Origin: Saccharofermentanales bacterium
GTDB taxonomy: Bacteria; Bacillota; Clostridia; Saccharofermentanales; UBA5734
Reading direction: 5' to 3'
Assembly: GCA_038326615.1 (NCBI GenBank)
Contig: JBBQKF010000005.1
Coordinates: 2,911 to 66,910, forward strand
Length of the DNA stretch: 64,000 bases
A program made the position numbers and the translations under genes. Of the stretch, positions 56,107-64,000 are shown one piece after another (the stretch's first letter is position 1; the number at the start of each line of letters is the position of its first letter). The notes beneath the pieces were generated by a model that was not told the DNA's origin, searched no databases, and saw only the letters and a program-made list of their open reading frames with translations.

Positions 56107-57102
56107 CTAATTATTTGTCCCAGTAATAGGTGATAAGGGTGCAGATAAAACATCTTCCTTCTCTTCATGCGGTTTTTCAGCGCCTGAACCAATCATCGGA
56201 GCAAGAACCCGAAGCGCGCCAGGACATATTTTGATGACTGCCTTACCTGAACCCAACAAAATCCCGTCGGCTGCGATATCAAGCTTAGGAGAGGTTTTTA
56301 CTACGACTTTATGCGCGCGGAAGCGTTGGAGTTTCCCATCAGGTACTAATCCTTCTTTGGAAGTTGAGGCAAAATACTTAATTACTTCAGCCTTACTGAA
56401 ATCCGGAAATACCGAAATATCGAAAAGACCATCATCCATGGATGCGTCCGGGGCTACTAGATTCTTTGACCCCATGAGGGGAGTGTTGGCCACAGTTACC
56501 ATCATCGAATTGATTTTAATCTTGCTTTCATCGTCCAAAGTGAGTAAAACTTCTGGTTTGGATTTAAAATTCAAGAAAGATGTCACAGCTTCCTTGAGCA
56601 TTGATAAGTTACCTTTCGGTATTTTTTTTACTAATGGATACAATGTCGCGGTTAGCCCGATCACTGTAACCATAAAGAAATAAAATTTCTTGTGTTCTCC
56701 GGTTTTGATCACTCCTAAATCAAGTTTTCGGGGGCGAGCCGTAGCAATTAAATCACATGCTGCATTAATCTCTTCAGGAATACCTAAACTGGCAGCTATA
56801 TCATTCATCGTTCCACCTACAATAATCCCCAGACTTACCTTGGAACCTACTAATCCCCGAATGATTTCCCCTATTGTTCCATCACCACCCATTGCAATAA
56901 CAATATCGTAATCATCTTTAACAGCATTTCTAGCTATTAGAAGACCTTCCTCCTTTGGAGCAGCAAAGGCTACATCAACAACCAGCCCGTTACTTGTCAG
57001 ACGACGAACCGCTTGAGCCAGACGTTCCGGGTTTCCCGATGCATCCCCTGATTCCGGATTGGCAATCAATTTAACGCGTCTGATTTTCTTTTTCTTTGAC
57101 AT
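56107..57102 (-). CDS. diacylglycerol-kinase-catalytic-domain lipid kinase (YegS/BmrU family), copy 2
   Basis: VKLIANPESG and IAMGGDGTIGEII (GGDGT). 331 aa. It overlaps the upstream PAP2 gene by 32 nt. Confidence 0.85.
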   Translation of the reverse strand: MSKKKKIRRVKLIANPESGDASGNPERLAQAVRRLTSNGLVVDVAFAAPKEEGLLIARNAVKDDYDIVIAMGGDGTIGEIIRGLVGSKVSLGIIVGGTMNDIAASLGIPEEINAACDLIATARPRKLDLGVIKTGEHKKFYFFMVTVIGLTATLYPLVKKIPKGNLSMLKEAVTSFLNFKSKPEVLLTLDDESKIKINSMMVTVANTPLMGSKNLVAPDASMDDGLFDISVFPDFSKAEVIKYFASTSKEGLVPDGKLQRFRAHKVVVKTSPKLDIAADGILLGSGKAVIKICPGALRVLAPMIGSGAEKPHEEKEDVLSAPLSPITGTNN

Positions 57103-57823
57103 GCCTTAAATCCCCCTTATTAAAGAATAATTCGATTATCATGATACCCAAAACGGTCCATATGATACCCACTGCTATACCAGCGAGAATATCTGTTATA
57201 TAGTGAGCTCCGAGAAAGAATCGGCTGAAGCCGATAAAACTCTCCATAAGAATTGCAAAGCCAATCACTGCTATTTTCCATAATCGTGATTCTATCTTTG
57301 GAACAAAAAAATAAGCCAGCAAACCAAAGCATATCACACCACTAATCATATGACCGCTTGGGAAACTTGGATATTTGATGAGTATTGAAATAGGTTGATC
57401 AAATACAGGCCGTGGTCTTGCAAAAACTTTAGTTAGGAAATAAAAAATAATAGGGTGCCCTGCATAGAGAACCAATACTATGACAAGTTCTTTCCAAAAC
57501 TTTTTAAAAAGGAAATAGACGCCAAGAATAATCCCAACGGCAATAGATACTTGCTGACCGAGATATGTACCCACATGCATGACATTTTTAATCCATACGG
57601 GACTACCAAGAGCTATATCATGCATTTTGCTTTCGATGGCTGTATCCCACTGAACCAAAGCGCCCTTCTGCTCTACGAAATAAGCAAGTATGCCAAAAGT
57701 CAGACAGCTAAGAAATAATATTACTACACCAACAAGAGGATGGTTACCAAGAAGGTTGGGACTTTTAAGTCCTTTTGAATATTTATCAATTGATTTTGCT
57801 TCTTGTTCATTCTTTAAAATCAT
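57071..57823 (-). CDS. PAP2-family lipid phosphate phosphatase, copy 3
   Basis: KVFARPRP, FPSGHMISG and SRFFLGAHYITDILAG. Confidence 0.85.
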   Translation of the reverse strand: MILKNEQEAKSIDKYSKGLKSPNLLGNHPLVGVVILFLSCLTFGILAYFVEQKGALVQWDTAIESKMHDIALGSPVWIKNVMHVGTYLGQQVSIAVGIILGVYFLFKKFWKELVIVLVLYAGHPIIFYFLTKVFARPRPVFDQPISILIKYPSFPSGHMISGVICFGLLAYFFVPKIESRLWKIAVIGFAILMESFIGFSRFFLGAHYITDILAGIAVGIIWTVLGIMIIELFFNKGDLRHVKEKENQTR

Positions 57824-57877
57824 ACAATACTACCTTCCTGCGATTCAGCTCTTATTTTCAATTTTCTTAACCAATTT

Positions 57878-58747
57878 CTATTTTCTTAATCGATAAAACA
57901 TGGAGACACATAAAGAGTATATTCCTAGAGCGATGAGCCCAATTGCGATAATTCCCAAAAGCCAAGGACCATATGGTTGCTTCAATATGGATATAAGAGC
58001 GCTGTCAAAACCCTTTGTCTGGCTTGAATTAGATGTATAAGCCGAGATAATCAGGAAGATTCCAATTATAGCCACAACAAGCCCTCTCGACATGACACCA
58101 AATCTACCTAAACGCTTGATCCATATCACTTGCGATGGATTTAGTTTAGCCAAAATAAGGTTCTTGTCAAAACCTGGTTTGATTCCTTGATATAACTGGT
58201 AGATTCCGATAATGACTACGATTATTCCAACAAACCCCACAAGCAATTGTCCAAAAGACCAATCCAGAACCAACGCAACAAAATGCTGGATTTGAGTGTC
58301 TTGAACACCACCAGAAGCAGGTTTTGCGCCACCAGTGATAAGGGCATATGTTGGCAGAACCAACAAAGCATAGGCTATTGCACTGAAAAAATAACCAATC
58401 CTCTCAGCGATGCCTTTCGTATTGTGTTCCGCATGCAAAGGATTAAATATTGCACGAATAAATCCCCACAATGAATAGCAGATTACTCCAAACAGAACAA
58501 TCCATAAAAATATCCGACCTGCCGGCTGATTTCCAATCGTAGCAATCGCGCCTTGCGGATCCGTCGTCTTGCCTCCGTTTCCGGATGCAAACAGTAGTGC
58601 TGTCAACCCAATCACAAAATAAATTGCTCCGCGCGCCACATAACCTATGCGGGCCAGGGTTTCAATGACCGAATTGGAAGTTGAGCTGTGAGCAACAACA
58701 TTACTTTTTTCTTTGATTTTTTGCACATTGTTTTTTAAACTAGGCAT
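57878..58747 (-). CDS. DUF1206-type repeat membrane protein
   Basis: 289 aa with three repeated two-TM units, each beginning with an (L/I)AR(I/F)GY-like segment (LARIGYVARGAIYFVIG, AERIGYFFSAIAY, LGRFGVMSRGLVVAIIG). Confidence 0.55.
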   Translation of the reverse strand: MPSLKNNVQKIKEKSNVVAHSSTSNSVIETLARIGYVARGAIYFVIGLTALLFASGNGGKTTDPQGAIATIGNQPAGRIFLWIVLFGVICYSLWGFIRAIFNPLHAEHNTKGIAERIGYFFSAIAYALLVLPTYALITGGAKPASGGVQDTQIQHFVALVLDWSFGQLLVGFVGIIVVIIGIYQLYQGIKPGFDKNLILAKLNPSQVIWIKRLGRFGVMSRGLVVAIIGIFLIISAYTSNSSQTKGFDSALISILKQPYGPWLLGIIAIGLIALGIYSLCVSMFYRLRK

Positions 58748-58818
58748 AACTAACCTCCTGCATTCATATGTTGCGATGTTTCCATTATATTTTTACTAAG
58801 TGGTCTTTATCGATTTAA

Positions 58819-59283
58819 TCAGACCTGTGTTGTTAAGAATAGCGGTTGGGTCATATGGGTAATCTGATCCTGTAATTCTTCAATTTCATCAATATGGCGG
58901 TCTTCGTCATTCAAAATTCCTTCGAGGATATCTCGAGTGGCAAAATCCTTGACTTCTCCCGCTTTTACGATTGCTGAATTGTAATCTTTAATTGTGCCTT
59001 CTTCTAAATGATGATCACTCTCTAGTTGTTTTGATATATCGCTACCAATTTTCAATTCCGTCAAATTAGTGACGATTGGAATTCCTTCCAAAAAAAGTAT
59101 TCTCCCAATGAGTTTTTCCGCATGCTTCATTTCGTCTATAGCTCGTTTTTCAAAGTAATTATGAAGTTTTTCATAACCCCAGTTTTTGCTCATCTCCGAG
59201 TGAACAATATATTGGTTGGTCGCGGTCAATTCATCCGCCAGTAATGCGTTGAGGGTATTAATCAATTCTTTATTTCCTTTCAT
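58819..59283 (-). CDS. bfr: bacterioferritin
   Basis: MKGNKELINTLNALLADELTATNQYIVHSEMSKNWGY...IDEMKHAEKLIGRILFLEG aligns closely with E. coli Bfr, including the heme-ligand Met in DEMKHA. The ATG at 59283 follows AAGGAG. Confidence 0.9.
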   Translation of the reverse strand: MKGNKELINTLNALLADELTATNQYIVHSEMSKNWGYEKLHNYFEKRAIDEMKHAEKLIGRILFLEGIPIVTNLTELKIGSDISKQLESDHHLEEGTIKDYNSAIVKAGEVKDFATRDILEGILNDEDRHIDEIEELQDQITHMTQPLFLTTQV

Positions 59284-59482
59284 TTGAATAGCTCCTTTCA
59301 CTTAAATAAATTTTCTCTCTTCTTTAATTAATTTATCCCAATCTTAATTCTTTATTTTAATATTATAGTACTTAATGACTAAATACCTTGATATATTTTG
59401 CATAATCATAGAAAATATTTGGAATACACTCCTTTCTTGACTTTCTTTTACTTTCATATCAGATGAGTTCTTAAAACGGATG

Positions 59483-61714
59483 TTAAGTCAGTGTTTGGTC
59501 GTTCCCGAAAAAATCTTTCCATGGGTCTTCACCTTTAACTCTTAAAATCGCCTCATCCATATCTATTCCATCGGGAGCTATTGAATCAAGTTCATCCCAT
59601 TTTATAGGCATTGATACTTTCGCCCCTTTTCGTGCTCTTATAGAATATGGTGCAATACTTGTAGCGCCTCTGCTATTTCTTAACCAGTCAATAAATATCT
59701 TGTTTTTACGTTTTTCTTTTCTAGCATTACTTGTATAACGATCAGGCCACTTCTTTTCCATAACATCTGCAATATTTTTTGCAAAATTGTGAAATGTATA
59801 CCATGTCACATTAGGTTTTAATGGAACTACTACATGGTAACCCTTTCCTCCGCTTGTTTTAAGATAAGAAGTTAAAAAAAGTTCATCTAGTATACTTTTA
59901 ATATCCCTTACTCCTTGGCGGACACTACTTAAACCCATGTCTACATCAGGATCTAAATCAAACACCATAATATCCGGTCTTTCAAGATCCTTCACATTAC
60001 TTCCCCAAGTGTGAAACTCTAAAGTGCCCATTTGCACTTTGTATATAATCCCTGATTCATTATTAATATAAAAATATTCGTCTTTTTCACCGCTGCTTCC
60101 ATCAATTGAAATGGTGATAATTTGTTTACTTTCGCTACTTGGATGTTTCATAAAAAAACAAGATTCAGATATACCCTTCGGGCATCTAACTACACTTAAA
60201 ATTCTATTTACAATGTATGGAAACATCCGTTTTGAAACCATTTGGTAGTATTTTATTACATCTAGTTTTGTTATTATAGGCGATTCATATAATATTTTAT
60301 TTGGATGAGTGATTTGTAATTCCTCTGATTGAATATTTTCCGAAACTGACTGTAATTGCTTCTCCACTGTTTCTCTCTTGACCTCTTCAGGATTCTTGTC
60401 TATTCTAAGTCCTTTAAAACTTGGATGTCTAAGTAATTTATTCTCAGTCCACTGGGCAAATTGAATTTCTGCTACTAATTCTGGTCTAACCCAAGTAATT
60501 TCTTCGTTGGTTCTTTTCTTTGGAGCTTCTTTAAAATATGGCATTGCTGTTCTTAAACTTTCTAATTTTTTATCTATTATGTACATATCTTTTTTACTTA
60601 TACCTGTTCCTGCTCGACCAACATATACTAAATCGTTATCTTCGTATTCACCCAGAAGAAGAGCACTGATTCCATCCATTTTTTTATTTGTAAGTGTATA
60701 TCCACCAATGACAAATTCTTGTCTTTTCACACATTTTATTTTTATCCAACTACCATCTCTATTTCCATTGTAAGGAGAATTGATTTTCTTTCCTATAATT
60801 CCTTCTAAACCAGCTTCACATGCTGCATTAAAAATATCTCCTTCTTCGCTTTTTATATAACTGCTATATTTAATATCATCGGGAGCATTCTTCATTAAAG
60901 CTTTAAGCATATCCTTTCTTTCAAATAGAGGTTGCAATCTAAGATCTTTACCATCTAAGCTGAGAATATCAAAGACAATATAAGTAAGTTTTAAATTTTT
61001 GAAATCATTTAAATAACTTTGTAAAGCTTGGAAATTAGTTTTGCCAAATTTGTCCAGAACCACAACTTCACCATCAAGCACCATTGATCTCCCTTTTGCA
61101 AAATCAGAAAGAACTAGCCCAATGGAAGAAAACTTATGAAGATAATCAATGTTATTTCTAGTCAAAAGACGAATTGAATTGTTTTCAATAAATGCTAATA
61201 TTCTATAACCGTCGTATTTAACTTCGTAAACCCAATCATTTTCTTCAGGAATTTTATCCACTAACTTTGCAAGTTGTGCATTTGCTTTCTTAAAAGGATT
61301 TTCTGAAAGACTTTTTTCTATTCCTTTTTCAATCTCTGACATATTACGACCCGTCCTTATACTGGTTGTAAATTCAGATAAGTCGTCAGTATCTTTTACA
61401 TAATCATCTTTTTCTTTTATTAAGAGCCAATGATTTTTTTCTTTATGATATTGAGATTTCCACTTAATCAATGCAAACTTACCTTTAAGTCTTTTTCCGC
61501 TGAGGATAAACTTTAATTCCCCTTTTTTTAATCCTTCTTCGACATCGAATAAAGATTGCCAGAATCCTTCATCCCAAAGCATAACTGTACCACCACCGTA
61601 TTCGCCTTCAGGAATTGCGCCTTCAAAATCACTATATTCCAATGGGTGGTCCTCTACTTTAACGGCTAATCTCTTATCAACGGTATCTAACGGTGGGCCT
61701 TTTGGTACAGCCCA
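59483..61714 (-). CDS. ligD: DNA ligase D (PE-LIG-POL architecture), 5'-truncated within the phosphoesterase domain
   Basis: Homology begins at WAVPKGPPLDTVDKRLAVKVEDHPLEYSDFEGAIPEGEYGGG, which is mid-PE-domain. The ligase core follows (VYEVKYDGYR adenylation Lys), then the primase-polymerase domain (FDLDP, SGGKGYHVVVP). The first in-frame start candidate is TTG at 61642. Confidence 0.8.
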   Translation of the reverse strand, partial: WAVPKGPPLDTVDKRLAVKVEDHPLEYSDFEGAIPEGEYGGGTVMLWDEGFWQSLFDVEEGLKKGELKFILSGKRLKGKFALIKWKSQYHKEKNHWLLIKEKDDYVKDTDDLSEFTTSIRTGRNMSEIEKGIEKSLSENPFKKANAQLAKLVDKIPEENDWVYEVKYDGYRILAFIENNSIRLLTRNNIDYLHKFSSIGLVLSDFAKGRSMVLDGEVVVLDKFGKTNFQALQSYLNDFKNLKLTYIVFDILSLDGKDLRLQPLFERKDMLKALMKNAPDDIKYSSYIKSEEGDIFNAACEAGLEGIIGKKINSPYNGNRDGSWIKIKCVKRQEFVIGGYTLTNKKMDGISALLLGEYEDNDLVYVGRAGTGISKKDMYIIDKKLESLRTAMPYFKEAPKKRTNEEITWVRPELVAEIQFAQWTENKLLRHPSFKGLRIDKNPEEVKRETVEKQLQSVSENIQSEELQITHPNKILYESPIITKLDVIKYYQMVSKRMFPYIVNRILSVVRCPKGISESCFFMKHPSSESKQIITISIDGSSGEKDEYFYINNESGIIYKVQMGTLEFHTWGSNVKDLERPDIMVFDLDPDVDMGLSSVRQGVRDIKSILDELFLTSYLKTSGGKGYHVVVPLKPNVTWYTFHNFAKNIADVMEKKWPDRYTSNARKEKRKNKIFIDWLRNSRGATSIAPYSIRARKGAKVSMPIKWDELDSIAPDGIDMDEAILRVKGEDPWKDFFGNDQTLT

Positions 61715-61929
61715 ACAACATACTTGTCCTTATCGTATTCATATCCTTTTACAATATCGACTGCATTAACTTCCCCTCCACAATGAGCACAAGTTTTCAT
61801 ATATCGAATACGGCTGTGATCACCCTTATGCAACTGATTAAAATGAATATCATTGTCTTGTGTAGCTGCAAACATATTGATTGGAATAGCTACCATTCCA
61901 AAACTGATTACTAATTTTTGGGCTATCAT
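61687..61929 (-). pseudogene. ku: Ku protein, N-terminal ~72-codon fragment fused out of frame to ligD
   Basis: ISFGMVAIPINMFAATQDNDIHFNQLHKGDHSRIRYMKTCAHCGGEVNAVDIVKGYEYDKDKYVV matches the bacterial Ku N-terminus (compare B. subtilis YkoV). The frame then reads GLYQKAHR* across ligD-derived sequence. Confidence 0.8.
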
Positions 61930-62042
61930 ACTTTATACCTCCAAATTATTTCCTGGTCACAACTATATACCCAACTAAAAAGACCGGTCACAAACACTAA
62001 AGATTAACATTAATGTGAGACTCGGTCTTTCTATTATCAAAA

Positions 62043-64000
62043 TTATTTAGTAATTTTTCTATCCCAATGTCTATGCTTTGATATCTGTTTTGCAATATTT
62101 TCTACGCTTTTTTCATCTAAAATTCCTGGTTCTTTTACTTTCCAAGCGTCTAACCAGTTCACAGAATCTCCGAGTGGAGCAATTGTTTTAAAATGGCTAA
62201 AAGCGTCATTTAAAAAGTCAGTACCCTTTTTCTTAAACATAGGATCTGGATCTTTTCCTGACAGCACAACAATTCCGTCATAAAGTACAGAGTCAGGAGT
62301 TTCTACCTGATAATCTATTTTAAGTTTTTTGCTATCTGAGATTTTTGGCATAGCTGTTTCGCAGGCGCATCCCTCTTTTTTTAATATATCCATGATATTC
62401 CTTGCTTCATCTTCAAAAGTATCATCAGAAAGAAGTATAAGAACCTTTCTTCCTTTCGCTGTAAATCTAGTATTCATTTGGCTTAAAGCTTCTGAAATAT
62501 ATTCAGGTTTGTTAACATATACATCTGGTACTGTACAGTTTATTTTTGCAGCCACATATTGAGCTAATCCCGTATCTATATTAGCTATCATTTCAACAGT
62601 GTTTTGTCTGACCTGTTCGGTCTCACATTTATTTAACTCAAAGGAAATAGCATCTTTAATATGCTGTTTTTCAACTTTACTCATAGAATTATAGAACAAT
62701 ACAGCTTGTGAAAAATGATCGTCAAAGCTTTTGCTTCTTTGTCTTATTTTATATCCTTCTACCTTTTCAGCATAATTACTGTAGTCATGTTCGTTGGTTG
62801 ATTCATGCGGATCGTTATTTTTTAAAAAGTTTTTATGATAACTTACTTGTCCAGGATTAATGGTCATCCTGTGCATTCCTTCTCTTTGATTATTATGAAC
62901 AGGAGCTATTGGTCTATTTATTGGTATTTCATTAAAATTTGGTCCTCCAAGCCTTGATATCTGTGTATCAAGATAAGAAAACAATCTAGTTTGAAGGAGA
63001 GGATCATTTGTAAAGTCAATTCCCGGAATGATATGTCCAGGATGAAACGCTACCTGTTCAGTTTCTGTAAAGAAATTATCAGGATTTTTATTCAGTTGTA
63101 TCTTTCCTATAATGGTAACTGGAACAATTTCTTCAGGTATCAGTTTTGTAGCATCGAGAATATCAATTCCATATTTAAATTCGTCTTCTTCAGGAATAAT
63201 CTGAACGCCTACCTCCCACTCAGGAAATTGTCCCTTGTCTATCGCATCCCACAGATCTCTTCTATGAAAATCCGGGTCTTTCCCAGAAATCTTTTGTGCT
63301 TCATCCCATACTAAAGAATGCACACCAAGAAGAGGTTTAAAATGATATTTAACAAAATGTGATTTTCCTTCTTCATTAATCCATCTAAATGTATGAACTC
63401 CAAATCCTTCCATCATGCTAAGAGATCTTGGTATACCTCTGTCTGACATAACCCACATAAGCATATGTGCGGTTTCATGATTTTGAGAGATAAAGTCCCA
63501 AAATGTGTCATGTGCAGAAGAAGCTTGAGGCATATCATGGTGTGGTTCCATCTTAACTGCATGAATGAAATCAGGGAACTTCATACCATCTTGGATGAAA
63601 AATACTGGCATATTATTTCCCGCTATATCATAGTTTCCATCTTCTGTATAAAACTTCATAGCAAAGCCTCTAACATCTCTAACTGTATCAGATGACCCTT
63701 TGTTTCCTGCCACTTGAGAAAACCTCATAAAAAATGGCGTCTCTTTCCCTTCCTTGGAAAATAATATGGCTTTTGTGAACTCACTCATATCTTTAGTTGC
63801 AGTGAATGTTCCATGAGCACCATGACCTCTCGCATGCACAATTCTTTCAGGAATCCTCTCATGATCAAAATGCATCATTTTTTCTCTAAAATGAAAATCT
63901 TCTAGTAATGTTGGCCCTCTTTGTCCAGCAGTTAGAGATTTTTCATCTTGTGTTACTTTCATCCCGGTATTTGTAGTTAAGGTCTCACCTTCGTCGTAAA
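62043..64000 (-). CDS. katE: large-subunit monofunctional catalase (KatE/HPII-like, with a C-terminal DJ-1/PfpI-like domain); the 5' end lies beyond the window
   Basis: RGPTLLEDFHFREKMMHFDHERIPERIVHARGHGAHG is the catalase proximal signature. The frame stays open upstream of the track ATG (…YDEGETLTTNTG-MKV…), matching the conserved LTT..G.PV region, so the gene continues past 64000. Confidence 0.9.
   Translation of the reverse strand, partial: YDEGETLTTNTGMKVTQDEKSLTAGQRGPTLLEDFHFREKMMHFDHERIPERIVHARGHGAHGTFTATKDMSEFTKAILFSKEGKETPFFMRFSQVAGNKGSSDTVRDVRGFAMKFYTEDGNYDIAGNNMPVFFIQDGMKFPDFIHAVKMEPHHDMPQASSAHDTFWDFISQNHETAHMLMWVMSDRGIPRSLSMMEGFGVHTFRWINEEGKSHFVKYHFKPLLGVHSLVWDEAQKISGKDPDFHRRDLWDAIDKGQFPEWEVGVQIIPEEDEFKYGIDILDATKLIPEEIVPVTIIGKIQLNKNPDNFFTETEQVAFHPGHIIPGIDFTNDPLLQTRLFSYLDTQISRLGGPNFNEIPINRPIAPVHNNQREGMHRMTINPGQVSYHKNFLKNNDPHESTNEHDYSNYAEKVEGYKIRQRSKSFDDHFSQAVLFYNSMSKVEKQHIKDAISFELNKCETEQVRQNTVEMIANIDTGLAQYVAAKINCTVPDVYVNKPEYISEALSQMNTRFTAKGRKVLILLSDDTFEDEARNIMDILKKEGCACETAMPKISDSKKLKIDYQVETPDSVLYDGIVVLSGKDPDPMFKKKGTDFLNDAFSHFKTIAPLGDSVNWLDAWKVKEPGILDEKSVENIAKQISKHRHWDRKITK

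Overview
This is a 64-kb chromosomal window from a low-G+C, AT-rich genome that looks like Bacillota (Clostridia-like). The evidence for that is a Spo0A-type domain, an Enterococcus-type V-ATPase operon, a YesMN-type two-component system and a ku/ligD locus. All calls come from reading the ORF translations and DNA by eye for motifs. No database search was run.

Layout, left to right:
- 0.3-14.7 kb: housekeeping genes (hup, rplM-rpsI, pssA-psd, birA, nadE, prfA, tsaC/sua5, a ywlE-like phosphatase, malQ).
- 14.7-26.4 kb: a complete nine-gene V-type ATPase operon (order F-I-K-E-C-G-A-B-D on the minus strand), preceded by an ABC ATPase/permease pair. An odd repeat-built ~200-bp insert sits between ntpB and ntpD.
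- 28.3-37.7 kb: an accessory island holding fic-hsdM-hsdS, hsdR, and a two-gene module (Cys-rich PRiA4_ORF3-like protein plus SprT-like HExxH protease). The island is delimited and partitioned by three homologous terminator-hairpin repeats. No integrase is visible.
- 37.7-46.1 kb: a sugar-utilisation locus (GH99-like/WbsX-like protein, ABC permeases, binding protein, YesM/YesN-like histidine kinase and AraC-type regulator).
- 46.2-59.3 kb: a polyphosphate, lipid-phosphate and iron cluster. It contains ppx-ppk1, a SixA-CHAD fusion with octapeptide repeats, a Lys-rich Zn-ribbon protein, two paralogous DAGK-like kinase/PAP2 operons, DUF1206, bacterioferritin and a ferritin-like protein. It also carries a TnpB/omega-RNA-like remnant and a ppk2 fragment.
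- 59.5-64.0 kb: a ku-ligD locus inactivated by a deletion, and a large-subunit catalase that runs off the window end.

No rRNA, tRNA or CRISPR array was seen. The candidates I rate most interesting are the cassette-like R-M/Fic plus Zn-finger/SprT island and the polyP-associated gene set (SixA-CHAD, Lys-rich protein, kinase/PAP2 pairs).
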